Shown here: positions 1-37,411 of the stretch, piece after piece
Position numbering within the stretch: position 1 is the stretch's first letter
How the letters are laid out: every line of letters starts with the position of its first letter
Source of the DNA: Amoebidium appalachense
Taxonomy: Eukaryota; Protista; Ichthyosporea
Direction of reading: 5' to 3'
Length of the DNA: 64,000 bases
Assembly: GCA_963693365.1 (NCBI GenBank)
Contig: CAVNZM010000011.1
Coordinates: forward strand, 9,206,664 to 9,270,663
Notes under the pieces: model-generated
Seen by the model: only the letters and a program-made list of their open reading frames with translations
The model's database searches: none
What the model was told of the DNA's origin: nothing
Position numbers and translations under genes: made by a program

Positions 1-98
<98 letters not shown>

Positions 99-151
99 AT
101 GTGTGTGTGTTTATGTGTGTGCGCGCATGTGTGTGTCACACAGTGTGTGTA

Positions 152-194
<43 letters not shown>

Positions 195-737
195 CCATGT
201 ACACGTGTGCGTAAATTCAGTGCACACACGTGTATGTGATTGTCATGTGGCAATACACCGGGATTTGTGCACCGTGACGGTGTCAGTACTATGTAGTATT
301 AGTCAGTGTCACTGGTACACTATATCAAATATTAATGTCCTCAGAGCGCAATTCTTAGCGATATATCACGGTGCCTAGGGACTCCTATCTACATATATGT
401 ACATGTACATGATATATCATAATGCATTGAAATACTACAGTAATCAACTAATATTTGTGTGGGCTATCCCTGTGTGTGTCTCTCTCTCCCTCCCTCCACT
501 CTCTTTCTATTTCTCTCTCACACACACGTTCACTCTCTCTCTCTCTCCGAGCCTCTCTCTCTCGCTGACCCCCCCCCCCCCCCCTCAACTTCAATCCCAT
601 ACCCCCCTCCCCATCTCCCCTCACCCCCTAGCTCTCTCCCTCCCTCCCTCTCTCTCCCTCTCTCTGTCTCCCTCCCTCCCTCCCTTCCTCCCTCCCTCCC
701 TCCCTCTCTCTCTCTCTCTCAGAGACACACACACACA

Positions 738-818
<81 letters not shown>

Positions 819-980
819 TCTCTCTCTCTCTCTCTCCCTCACTCTCCCCCCCCCCCCCCCCCCCCCCCAGCCCCGGAGCTGTCTCTCTCTCTCTCCCCCC
901 CCCCCCCCCCCCCCGAGCTCTCTCTCTCTATCTCTCTCAATCTCTCTCTCTCTCTTTCTCTCTCTCTCCCTTTCTCCCCG

Positions 981-1027
<47 letters not shown>

Positions 1028-1057
1028 TCTCTCCCCCCCCCCCCCCCCCCCCCCCCG

Positions 1058-1093
<36 letters not shown>

Positions 1094-1201
1094 CTCCCCC
1101 CCCCCCCCCCCTCCCCCCCCCGAGTTTTCTCTCGAGATCTCTCTCTCCCCGAGATCTCTCTCTCTCTCCTTTCTCTCCGAGCTCTCTTTCCTCTCTCCCC
1201 G

Positions 1202-1242
<41 letters not shown>

Positions 1243-1247
1243 CTCTC

Positions 1248-1282
<35 letters not shown>

Positions 1283-1378
1283 CCCCCCCCCCTCCCTCTC
1301 TTGCTCGCTCTCTCTCTCTCTCTCTCCCCCCCCCCCCCCCCCCTCTCTCTCTCTTGCTCGCTCTCTCTCTCCCCCCCC

Positions 1379-1409
<31 letters not shown>

Positions 1410-1560
1410 GCTCTCTCGGGCTTCCATTGAGTGTGTGTGTGTGTGTTCCCGGTGTGTATGTGTGTGTGTGTGTGTGTGTGTTTACATGTATGTGCATGTG
1501 TGTGTGCGTGCGTGTGTGTGTGTGTGTGCGCGCGAGCGTGTGTGTGTGTATGTGTGTGTC
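1..1560. repeat. Compound microsatellite block (GT)n/(CT)n/poly-C, representative of tracts throughout the window
   Basis: Directly visible. Similar tracts fill most introns, e.g. 28930-29700 and 43815-43975. Confidence 0.97.
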
Positions 1561-1653
1561 TTTGTGTGAACTTAAACACTGCGGTACACGAAGCCGGAAA
1601 TACCGAATTATTGCCAGCCTGATTTTATTATTACCGTATGATGTTTGTGTCAG

Positions 1654-12864
<11,211 letters not shown>

Positions 12865-13162
12865 TGTGTGGACTGAGAAGAGGTGCATTTGTGTTCGAGA
12901 CGGGTGGGGAGGGGCCGGAGAAGTGGGTGGCCCCGGGGGGAGGGGGGGGGGGGGGGGTAGGGAAAGGGGGAGAGGGGAGTGGTTTCTTTTGCACGGCGTT
13001 GGAATAAGGGAGGATCTGACAACTCGATTTAATCAAGATGCCTTGAAGTGAGAAGCAAGCGTGCAGGCAGGGACACAATACAAACCCTTGCAAGTGCATC
13101 GACATAAAGACCAGTTAGCATGGGAAGAGAGGAAGGTGGTGGTGGTGGTGGTGATGGTGGTG

Positions 13163-13231
<69 letters not shown>

Positions 13232-13390
13232 GAAGGGGTTTACACCTTGCTTCGTGATTTAAAGTTTATAGGTCCACAAATCAAGGTAGTGGACCTAAGG
13301 AGGTGGTGGCCAAATAGTGGCAAGGAAGGCTAAAGGAAAATGGGTTGTGTTCTTCTTCCTCTTTGTGTTTTTTATTTTGATTAAATATAA

Positions 13391-13828
13391 GGGAGCGTTG
13401 ATTTTGAAACCGGGGAGGGGGTAAAAGAAAGTTTCGGGGGTTAGGGGGGTGATGGGTACCCCCCCCTGGGGGGGAGGGGGGGGGGGGGGGGACCCGTCCC
13501 CTCGGCGGGTGGTGGGTACCCCCCCCCCCCCCCCCCCTGAAAAAAGAACAAACAACTGCAGATCAACGGGAATGAGAAACTGTGCGTGCGCGGAGGAGAG
13601 GAGGAGGGGAATGTGTGCCTGTGTGCGTGTGTGCAAACCCCCCCCCCCCCCCCCTCATATGTGAACATATAGTACTATATAGTACTTATAGTACTATATA
13701 AGAGCCTGGCCGGGGTGGTGGGGTACCCCCCCCCTGGGGGACCCGACCTCTCGCGGGGTGGCGGGTACCTCCCCCCCTAAACTTGCTACTACCCTACCCC
13801 CCCCCCTGGGTTCAAAATCAATGCTCCC
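13391..13828. mobile_element. PIF/Harbinger (Tourist-like) MITE, intact copy 2
   Basis: 438 bp, non-coding, about 20-bp TIRs starting GGG, TAA target duplication (13388-13390, 13829-13831). Contains a central AT-rich run of ATAGTACT units. Confidence 0.9.
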
Positions 13829-14850
13829 TAATGTTTATTCATTTATTATTGTTATTATGAATAATAATTATTATTTTTTTTTTTGGGGGGGGGGGGGAGG
13901 GGGGGGGAGGGTTTGAATTCGAGCACACACACACATGACGGGCAACCCAATACAATTTATACAGGAAAGGAGGGAGGGGGGAGTGGGTTGGTGGCCATGG
14001 GCGTATGTGTGTGTGTGTTGGGAGGGGCGGGGGGGGGGGGGGGGGGGGGGGGAGGGAGAGGGGGGGGGGGGGGGGTCTTTGTAAGTAGATGTCGTTTTCG
14101 AGTTCCACTTTTTAATATTTGTGTAGTACGTCGATGCTCGAGCACATGCACGTGAACATATAATACCACATAGACAATACCAGGACTGTACAAAGCATTT
14201 CACAATACACATTGTCGCTGCATACAAAACAGGTATGGCAAATTTGTTAGATAAAACTATTTGTAGTATTTTGTTTCATACAAGGCACATGGGCTCCAGG
14301 TTCCTTATACACTAATTTTGTGTAGATTTGGTAGTCGGCATACACACATAAGGCATTAACCTTGTACTATGTTTCTATCTCCCCGTAATGTTTCATATAG
14401 CATGCTATAATACAAAGAACACGAGTCTGCCCGTGCTTGTTTGAATACCGTGGGTAACATTGTCAACCTTTCTCTGTCTGTTTTGTACCCTTTTTCGTTC
14501 GTGAAAGTGCTACACAGCCAAGGGTTTGCCAAAAACAAAAAAACAAAAAAACAAAAACAAAAACAAAAACAAAAACAAAACCAAAAAAAACAAAAAAAAC
14601 GAATAGCATTGCCACCGATCGTGCTGCCTAGTTTGTACGGATGTTCTTACGGCGTATGGATGTAACAACCAAAGCCCCCCCCCCTTCCCCCCCCGCGCCC
14701 ACCCACACCCACCCACCCACTCACCCACACACAATTGAAGAAAGAAAGTAAAAAATGTTCTCTTGCACTCTTGGTTGTCCCTGTCTTCATGCCTCCAAAA
14801 GTTTTTTTTAAAAGAAGGCTATATCCCGACATATATATCTGCGAGTGCAC

Positions 14851-27038
<12,188 letters not shown>

Positions 27039-28449
27039 AGTGCCTCTTTGCCGTGTACTTTCATTACTCATGATTAGCTGATGTCGTGTCTTTGTGCTTC
27101 GGAAGGCACTAAAACTAATGTGACTACAGGTGCCTTATCAAACTTTTTTTTACAAGGCGCCCTAACATCTACCCTACTGTGATGTTCCGTTGCTCGGTGT
27201 GGGCTTCTTTGCTTGTGATTTCTGGAAAATCACCTGCACACGTCCGTGTACATGTGTTTTGCAGTTAGCTACGGGATGGATGACCTTTAGCAAACAAAGC
27301 AGACCGTTCTCCAAAAAAGAAAAGATGTGTAATTTGTCCCCGAAAAAACCTATTGGCGAACTTCCACGTTGCACAATTCTAGGCAGTGAGAAACAGGTAG
27401 ACGTTTGCTGCAGTGCCTGGCGAGAAACTGAAAGCAAAGCAAAGCAAAAGCATCAATAAGCCTACTGCATGGGGGAACAAGTTTGGCCAATACAGATGGA
27501 CGTGAAATGTTCAAAACAACACCTAGAGCTAGGACCTCGAACCACGATTCTATACCTTTCCCAGTACAATTATTTGGTACTGCTTATATATTGCCTACAT
27601 TCATTGCTTCACATGTTGCACATCTAGTACTAGTAGAAGCAACTGAGAGGAACTTAGTTGAGTCACTTGGCCGGATCGATCCAGACACCAAGAGTCTGCG
27701 TGGCTCACGCCAACCTTGAGGTCGTCATCACCAAAACTGCGCAACAATTTGATTGGATACGAACGCACCGACCGGAAATATTACTATTTGCGGTAATTAT
27801 TGAACCCACGTGATTGGAGTTGCTTGCTGCGCCGGGACAACGCCTTGGACCGTCAGAGCTTCAAACTTTGGTTTGACTTTGCCGGACGCGGCTGGGGCTG
27901 AGTCGCACGTAGCAGAGCTTGCCGTTGAAAGATTGGTACATATATATCCACATTCGCTCCCCAAAGTTCCTCCCCCCCGGATCACTGAGATTTTTTCCAA
28001 AGTCTAATAAAAGCTTTCTGTGGCACCTTCGCCATCTTGCCGTGATTTCCTAAACTGTGTTTTGGCGCCATAATGTGCTAATTGAGTAGTACGTAGGCTA
28101 CGTTTCATGCGCCCAAAAGCCCCCAGCTCAGCCAACCACCTTGCCCCTTACTGTCTTACCGAGTACGTGAACTCAAGTAGGCAGCGTGCAGTAAGGACCT
28201 AGGAGTATACTCGGTGTAGCATCGGATTCCACGGGTTCGGTGATGGGAACTTTTGAAAAATACAACAGGCCTTGTTGCCCTACCGGTGATAACCGGCAGT
28301 GTGGGAGTGCCAGGGTGGGCCGCTTTCCAACTTGAAACTCAACCTCGTGTGGCGAATTTGAATCCGGCTGCAGTTGCCTCTGTTGAAAATGTTGAACATG
28401 GTGCTGTGCTGCGCCGTCGGACAGACGGCAAGCCCTTCGTGGAATTGTG

Positions 28450-29086
28450 GCTCACTTCAGTGGCTCAGTTCCCTTCTGTCATATTGGCAACCACCGGAGG
28501 GGCAGACTGCACTTCCGGGAAAGGGGTGGTATGTTCCCGTTCAACAACGTCAACGGCACAGACTGCATGCAAAATTGCAGGAGCGATCCAGCCTGTAACT
28601 ATTTTACCGGCACGAATACCACATGCCGCTGTGTTCATCATGCACGGCTGTCAGCAACGTGACTGATCCATCGGCCCTGCCCTTCCGAATCAAGGGCAAA
28701 GGTGAGGGTCCCACAGCCTGAGCCACCTGTGCACAGTGTAGAATATAGAAGCTTCTTTCAAAAAAAAATTTCCCGAAGTTTCTTTGCATGCTACATTTTT
28801 CTGAGCCTCAGCCTTGTGTGGAAAATGCGAGAAATAAAGAAAGTTCCTGTGTGTGTGTGTGTTGGGGGGGAAGAGGGGGTACGGGGGGGGATTGATAGAA
28901 GGTGACGCTCCAGGAGGGGGGGGGGGAGGTTACAGAGAGAGAGAGAAGGGAGAGAGAGGGGAGAGCAAGCGAGAGAATGAGTGAGAGAGAGGGAGAGGGG
29001 GGGGGGGGGGGGGGGGGGCTAGAGGCAGAGAGAGGGAGAGTGAGTGAGAAAAAAAGAAGAGAGAGAGAGAGAGAAAGAGAGAGGGG

Positions 29087-29119
<33 letters not shown>

Positions 29120-30030
29120 GAGGGTGGGTGGGTGGGAGGGTGGGTGGGAGGGAGGATGGGAGGGAGGGAGAGAGGGAGGGAGGGAGGGAGGGAGGGAGGG
29201 AGGGAGGGAGGGAATGAGGGAGGGAGGGGGGAGGGGGGAGGAAGGGAGGGAGGGAGGGAGGGAGGGAGGGAGGGAGGGAGGGAGGGAGGGAGGGAGGGAT
29301 GAGGGAGGGAGGGGGGAGGCAGGGAGGGAGGGAGGGAGGGAGGGAGGGAGGGAGGGAGGGAGGGAGTGGGAGGGGGGGGGGGGGGGGGGGAGGGAGGGAA
29401 GGAAACCCTAGGGAGGAGAAGGGGAAGGGGGGGGGGGGGGGGGGGGAAGAGAGGGGTGGGTGGGTGGCCCCGGGAGGGAGGAAGGGAGGGAACTATCGGA
29501 GCGAGAGAGAGAGAGAATGAGAGTACTTCGGAAAGACTGAGTTGGCAGGGGGATGTGGGGAGGGGGGGGGGGGGGGGGGGGGGGGGGAAGAGGGATGGAG
29601 CAAGAGAGAGAGAACGAGAGAGACACATGGGGGTTTTTTTTAGGGAGGGGGAGGGGGGGGGGGGGGGGAGAAGGAGGGATCGAGCAAGAGAGAGATAACG
29701 CGTGAGACACGTGGGTTTTTTTTTGGGGTTTTTTTTTTTTTTGGGGTGGGGGGTGGGGGGGGGGGGGAAGGGGGGGAGGGAAGGAGCCGGAGGAGTATTA
29801 ATCTCAGCGAGACACCTTCACGGTGGTGTCAGAGCCGTCCTCTGATAGAACGACCAAGTGTTAGTATGTTGATGTTGGCTGCCTTACATGTGTACTCGGT
29901 GTTAGTTGTATCGTCGACTTTTGATTATCCTACTAAGTAAGCACATCACAGTGCCCTCCCCCAACCCCCCCTCCCCCCCCCCCCCTACCCCCGGCCCCCG
30001 CCTCACTAACTGTGTATGTCTCCTTCCTTT

Positions 30031-30070
<40 letters not shown>

Positions 30071-31379
30071 CCCCAAACACACGCACGCACACACACACAC
30101 ACACACACACCCTCCACCACCATGCTTGGCAACCTCCCCACACACACTTGCATCCCAACCCCTCAACCTTCACCTGCTGCATATATGCGGGCCATACCAC
30201 TTCCTCCCACATCCACTTCATCCACTTTTGATGGCCCTGCCTCAATCTCGCGTCAAAAATGGGTACCTTGAACCAGTCTGCTTGGGAGGTGTGTGTTGTG
30301 GAAACGGCCTCTTGCCACTGCATAATCATATTACATGAGTAGCTGCTAGTCATTGTGGGGGGGGGGGGGGGGGGGGGGGAGGGGGAGGGGGGGGGGAGGG
30401 AGAGGAAGCCTTGGGAGGATTGAACCGGAGGGCACAGGGGGGAGTTGTGGGGGGTGGGGGTGGGGGTGGGGGGGACGGAAGAGAACCAAGGGGGATTTTG
30501 CGGGCTGTTGCCTTGAAGGTCTTGCTGGTACACCTCTGACCTTAAAATGGCGTGCTCTATAAACGACTGAGTTAATACTAATTGCGACTTAACATCAAAG
30601 ATTAGTGGAAACGATAAGAACAAAATAAACAAATGAATTATAAGAAACACGCCTTACGAATAAGAAAGAATAGCGACAAGCAACATCAGATTCCTTCTGT
30701 TGACCGTTATCCATAAGTCAAGTGAGTTATAAATGACGACATATCGGATGTGATGCATTGCTACACTCACTAAATAGACCTGGCAAATGGCCAAGTTTCC
30801 TTCTCACACCTTGAATGAACTCACACTGGGACTCGTGAACTTGTTCTGGAACTAATTATAACCTTTGCAACCGCAGCTGATTATGACCATGCCGCTTAGC
30901 GGCCAGGCAACCAACCGCACATGCACAGGGGGAAACCCTTACAAGTTCTTCACAGCCGCAGCCTCAGACGGCGAGTGCTACCTATACTGCCTAAGCAACA
31001 TCACGTGCGGCTACTACATGTACGACACCTCCACCAAGAACTGCAGTCTGTACGAGCCCGGCAAATGCTCCGTGGGTGCCGGCCCATCCACTATTATTGT
31101 GCGGGATCAAGTCTCCTCATCCGTTGCAGCGTACGACAATCCCCCCGCTCCCCCCTCCCCCCCTTCCCCCCCACCCTCACCCACCCATTCCATCCCAACA
31201 AACACTGCTTAGCCCCCCCCCCCCCCCCCCCCCCCCCCTCCGGTGAACTTGGCAAGCCTTAGGTCCTTTATGTTTTCACGGATCCCTCTGGGGTTCCGTG
31301 AAACGGGCAGTTAGAAAATAGAAACTATTCAAGACTCAGTCAGAAGTGCATTAGAAAAAGAACGGGCAGAGATTTTTTT

Positions 31380-31411
<32 letters not shown>

Positions 31412-32446
31412 GAGGGAGGTGAGGGAGAAGGGGGGTGGCTCTCATCTTATGTTTATCTTTACCTTCTCATCTCTCTACACCTTTCTCTCTCCCTCTCTCT
31501 CTCGTTGCTGTCCCTCACAAAGTTCCTCCTTCCTCCTACCTTCCCAGCAAGAGTCTCTGTCATGCACACTCTCTCTCTACCCCCTTCCCTCCCTCCCTTC
31601 CCTTCCTCCCTAATTCCCTCCCTAACCCCCCCCAACCCCTCCCCCCCCCCCCCCCGCCCCCTGGCCCTCCCTCCCTCCCCCCTCCCTCCCTCCCTCCCTC
31701 CCTCCCTCCCTCCCTCCCTCCCTCCCTCCCTCCCTCCCTCCCCCCTTCCCCTCTATTTTTTCACAGAATCTTTCTGAGGTAATAAATGCAAAACGCGTTA
31801 CGCCCCTAGCTTCATCAGAAAAGCAGTCAGAAAATCGAAGCTCTCTGGGTCCGTAGTTTAAAAAAAAATATGGGGGGGGGGTCTCATCTTCTCTCTCCTC
31901 TCTTTCTCTGGCTTGCTGTCGCTGCCGAAGATCCTTCTTCCTTCCGCCTTCCCCGAGTCTCTTAGGCACTGAATCTCTCTCTCTCTCTCTCCCCCCCCTC
32001 CCCCCCCCCCCCCCCCCCCCCCCCCCTCCTCTCTCTCTCTCCGTCCCAGCTTTCTCTCCCTCCCTCCCTCTCTCCCTCTCTCCCTCCCTTTCTCCCCACA
32101 CAACCACATGCACACAAACAAAACATACAAACATGCAGAGTGCACCGCCGACCAAGTTATGCGAAGTAAGTATCCTGGAGAGCAACACCCATATCGCAAT
32201 GAGAACTAGGCGGCGGCGCCACAGAGTGCCATGAGAACTCAAGTATAGGGCATTCATACACTAAACCTGAAATTGGGAACTAGAAGCAAAATTGTTAACA
32301 CACGGTAACGGCAGCAAATCAGGTGAAAGTTTTCCCTATCAATTCTCGAATCTACGACCCTGTCTGATCTGTCATGTCTTGTTCAAACATCACATCCTTT
32401 TCCCCGTTTCTCTTCCTTTTTTTCCCGTGAGAATCCCCGGGGCAGG

Positions 32447-32486
<40 letters not shown>

Positions 32487-32916
32487 GTACCAAGTTGCCC
32501 TTGTTTCCCACCATTTCCCCGGTTTCAGCTCACAGTCTCCTCCAGACCCCATATCTGCGTACGAGTATAGGGTGGCTGCAGGTTTTGAGGTAAGAATAAG
32601 AACGGGGTGGAGAGGAACAACGGTGTTTTAGTGCTGGTGGGGCTAGTTCTTATTCTTACCTCAAAACCTGCAGCCACCCTATACTCGTACGCAGATATGG
32701 GGTCTGGAGGAGACTGTCTGTATACCAAAACTTCTCTGGGAAGTGCTTTCAAGGAGCAGTACGACGGGCATTGCTACACGTCATGTGAAGCAGACCCTCG
32801 TTGCCAGATCTACCTGTTGAACACCAACACCTGCCTTTGCGAACTGCTGTCCTTGTGTGACTTGCTGGGTCAAGGCAAAAACAAAACGTACAACCAGGAC
32901 AGAACCAAGGTGCAAA
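28450..32916 (+). pseudogene. Decayed multi-exon gene with three PAN/Apple-like Cys-rich modules
   Basis: Three islands carry the C-x3-C-x5-C-x2-aromatic core: CMQNCRSDPACNYF (about 28490-28701, needs two frameshifts), CYLYCLSNITCGYY (30877 to about 31130) and CYTSCEADPRCQIY (32674-32916). Each has plausible splice sites. The full model and the start were not resolved. Confidence 0.5.
32532..32717. repeat. Perfect 72-bp inverted repeat with 42-bp spacer
   Basis: 32532-32603 is the exact reverse complement of 32646-32717. Confidence 0.95.
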
Positions 32917-33005
32917 GTGGGTTTATCTCGCTTGCTTACACACAATCACACACACATGCGGCAGAGTCTCCTTCCCTCTCCCTCTCCCTCTCTCTCACTC
33001 TCAGA

Positions 33006-33051
<46 letters not shown>

Positions 33052-33081
33052 CCTCTCCCCCCCCCCCCCCCCCCACCACTG

Positions 33082-33116
<35 letters not shown>

Positions 33117-33383
33117 CTCTCTCTCTCCCTCTCTCTCTCTTACTCTCTCTCTTTTTCTCCCCCTCTCCCTCCCTCCCAGAGTCTCTCTCTATATCTCTCT
33201 CGCTCACTTTCTCTCTTCCTCTACCGCTCTCCCCCTCCTCTTTCACTCTCACCTGGTCCCCCGCTCGCTCTGCCCTACCCTCTCTCTCACCCGCTCGCTC
33301 TCACACACTCTTTCTTGCTTTCCCCTTTATATCTGTTTTTTTCGTTCTGTGCTCGCCCTCTCCCCTCCCCCCAACCCAACCCA

Positions 33384-33418
<35 letters not shown>

Positions 33419-33437
33419 TTCCTCTCCGATCTCTCTC

Positions 33438-33472
<35 letters not shown>

Positions 33473-34160
33473 CCGCGCCTTCAGTCCCCGTGAAAGGTAA
33501 AAGATTCGAAACTTATGCTCTCTATCTCTGTTGCTCTCTCTTCCAAGTCTGCCTGGACGTTTTTTCCTTCTTATCTCTTTCTTTCGTTCTCTTGTTCCAC
33601 CTCCCCCCCCTCCCTCCCCCCCTCCCCTCCCCCCCCCCCCCCCTCCACTCCCCGTGAGAGGTAAAAGATTCGGATCCCATTCTTTTCTGGAGGCATAGAA
33701 ACCTTCTGATGATGGGCTCGGCTTAAGTGTCTTTTGCCTGCACGCATGATTGTTTGATTTCAGTTTTTTTTTGTTTTTGAGACGTTTTGTGTTTTTTTCT
33801 TTGTTCTTTCCTGGAGTCCATATTTCGAACCATCTAAAGCATACATCCAACCCCCCCCCCCCCCCCCCCTCCCCCCGCCCCCAACCCCCCCCCCCCCCCA
33901 CGCCTTCCCGGTCCCCCCTCCCCTCCCCCATCTCTCTTTTTATCTCTCTCCTCTTCAGTATCTACCTTTTCTCCACCTCTGTGCACATGTGCATTGGACC
34001 AGGTTAGACAAGCAGGGTGGGTGGATGGAAGGGATGGGGTGAGTGGGGGGTAGGCGGGGGGTCTGTCTCTCTCTGTTGGTGTGTGCATCTGGTAAACATG
34101 TTGGGCGTACATGGAGCACACTCCCTCAGTGTGTGTGTGTGCTGGTGTGTGTGTGTGTGT

Positions 34161-34293
<133 letters not shown>

Positions 34294-34303
34294 CCAGCGT
34301 TTG

Positions 34304-34337
<34 letters not shown>

Positions 34338-34595
34338 CTAGTGTATGTTTGTCATCCATTGTGTGTGTGTTTTTCCTTTTGGTTTCTGTGTGCAGGTGCA
34401 TTGCCAACCCTGCCAGTAGTTGCAAGCCTGATCGACTCATGAGCACATCTGACAGCCACGGGCGCCACTAACACCACACAGCTACGCATCCGCTATCCGG
34501 CAGATGTTGGTAGCTATTATCCCAACTCCCTCTCTTTCGAAATACAAAAATTTTCCGAGCACAAACACACCCAATCACACACACACACACACAAC

Positions 34596-34652
<57 letters not shown>

Positions 34653-34913
34653 TTAGGGGGAGGGGGAGGGGAGGGGATGGGGAGGGACGGGGGGGGGGGC
34701 AGGGAGGTAGAGGAAGGGAGAGAGTGAGAAGAGAAAAACTTTGAGTGAGAGGCTCTTCTCAAGGTCGGAGAGAGAGAGAGAGGGAGGGGAGGGGGAGGGG
34801 GGGGGGGGGGGGGGGAAAGGGAGGGGGGGGGGAGGGGGGGGGAGAGGGGGGAGGGGGGGGGGGGAAGGGAGGGAGGGGGGGGGGGGAGGGAGGGAGGGGG
34901 GAGGGAGGGAGGG

Positions 34914-34966
<53 letters not shown>

Positions 34967-35878
34967 GAGTGAAAGTGTGGATGTGTGACATATGCGTATT
35001 ACATATACGGTGTTTGTGTGCTTGTGTGTGAGTGAGGGAGAGAGTATATCGGAGAGAGACGTGCACGACCGACTTTCCCGGGGCAATGTTCTGTCACCTC
35101 TTTTGGGTTGACAACTGCTACTGCCTGAACAAGCAAGCAGCAGCTCACAGGAACGTTCGATGCAGTGTTGGTCGTTTTATTTTTAACTTTTTCAAAATTT
35201 CCCATACTACATCATTCCAACCATTAACATGAACTTCAAGCTAGTTTATGACCTCAGGCTGTTCCCATTGTTTTTGGAACCTTCACTATTATTCCTTTAA
35301 AAAATCCCATCGTGCTCAGGGACGAAGTTTCGCATGGGCACGGCAGGGTCTGCACTTAATACAAGTAGAATGTATATTAGTTGCACACACACACACACGG
35401 AGGTGATCAGTCTCTATATGGGTGCAATATACTACCTACTGAGTGTGTACTTAATCGGGCTGCATGCACTATCACCTAAGCATCACACAAGTGTTCACAC
35501 GGTGCTGGAGAGCCTGTGCAACAGTCAGTCATCAATATAACTCCCGGTTTATTATGGATTTGTGGCGGGGTTTATTTACTCCGCGGGGGTCAGAGCACAA
35601 CACGGTTGTGCTCTCGGGAAAATACATCAGGTAGAGCACACAGCTAACCTAGCCCTAGTACGGGACTGCAGGCGGTGCGCTCCGAGCCAATCAAACGGCC
35701 GAGAGCCATCCAGCTATTACGTAACACACCACTTTCTCGGCGATCGGATTAAAAATGGGACCAAGACCCATTTTTTTGATCATGCGCACGCCAGCGGCAG
35801 TTTAATTTTTTTTTCTTTTTTTTTTTGCGACACTTTTTTGAACGTACACTGCAAATAACACGTTCGTGTCTTAATAAA

Positions 35879-37201
35879 ATGGGTGTCGATGACTTCTGGA
35901 GGTGTTGTGTTGACTATGAGTACTGCTCTGCGCGCCGTAGTGTAGTTGCGAAGGAGGAACTGAAGAGCTCTCGGGTGGGAATAGACGTCACATCCAACCT
36001 CCTGTACGCTGTTTGCACAGGTTACTCGGTACCAATCTGCCATCAAAAGCAGGGATAGAAGCACTACCTGAAAAGTAGTAACTGACATAGTGACAACCGT
36101 TGCCAAAAAGCTCCAGACTATTACGGTTGCGGCCATCGTTCCTTTTTGTGTTTTTGATGGAAAGAAACTGCCCGGTAAAATGAGAAGGAATAGAGATGAA
36201 GAAAAGGCAAACAATCTACGCCTCGGCGTGGAAAGTTACAAAGCAGACAAAGAAAGGAATAAAGATCAGTACACGAAACATTTCAAAGCCGCCCTTTCCA
36301 TACCAGACAAAGTGACAGCTGCCGTAATTGCGTACCTGAGGGCCAAAGAGTACAACTACGTGGTGGCCCCTTCCTAGGCCGACTCGCAGCTTTTGTATAA
36401 CATGTTAAAACAATCGTTGACTACTTGTATAGGGATGAGTTGCGCCAGGGAGAGGTGGTGAACGAGAAAGCAGCATTGTTGCGGTGGCTGAAGGGGGAGA
36501 GGCGGAGTCTTTCTCACGACCGGCTGGATACTTTTGGGTTTCTCTACGGCAGTATTGAAAACGAGAGAGAGGTGGGTGAAGGAGCGGAAAAGAAGAAACA
36601 GAGATTGCAAGGCATTAGGCTGAATATGCTACGTGGCATGGAAAAGGGGCACCATATCGTTTTTGTGTCGTTTTGGGTAGATGATGCAGTGCCTAGTTTT
36701 GAGGTGGCCAGTAATATTAATGCTATGTATTGTGGTGAAGTTAAGGAAATCAGCACGGCATACTGCTCCTGCAAAGCTGGGGCCTTTCGTGACTGTGATC
36801 ATGTTTGTGGTCTTCTTCACATCTTGCACATGATTGAGTTCCTTAACCCTGAAAAGCTATTGCCTTGTACAGCTGTTCGGAATAGCTTGTTGGACCCAGG
36901 TGGGCCACCCATAAGCAACACGCGGCCCTTGTCTGATCTTGATTTTGCAAAACCACTGCTTACCGGGAAACAGGGGAAACGGGGCTGGGAGCGCGAGGGT
37001 GCTGAGTCTCTTAAACTAGAACCACCAGCCGACAGTGTAGTTGAGGAACGGTTGGCTAAACTGAAATCTCTGGGTGTGTCCACTATGTGTTTCAATCCAG
37101 TGGTTGCAGCACAGAAGCTAAGGGAGGAAAGAGAGGTTGAGCTGGGGGCAGAAATATTGTATAACATGTTCATGCGTGGTGGCCAAGAGGGGGCTCAGTA
37201 G
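35879..37201 (+). pseudogene. Intronless, disrupted EXO1/XPG-family nuclease followed by a SWIM zinc finger; probably mobile-element derived
   Basis: MGVDDFW...RVGIDVTSNLL (XPG-N start), VFDGKKLPGK, then YLRAKEYNYVVAPS*ADSQLL (the conserved APxEADAQ motif with E changed to TAG at 36375-36377). Frameshifts lie near 36050-36075 and 36400. Downstream ORF 36425-37201 has AYCSCKAGAFRDCDHVCGLL (SWIM CxC..CxH) followed by LPCT. Confidence 0.75.
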
Positions 37202-37352
37202 TAGCACTACCCTTGTGATGTATGAACTACAGTGACTTAAAGCCTCGGAGAGTAATAAAGGATCAAAGCCACAAGCTGGCTTCTGAATCAGTAGTGATGC
37301 TGCCGTGCACTGGCTATATCCCTCCCTCCGGACCATGGTGGTGGTAGTGGGT

Positions 37353-37388
<36 letters not shown>

Positions 37389-37411
37389 GGGGGGAGGGGG
37401 AAGGGGGGGGG

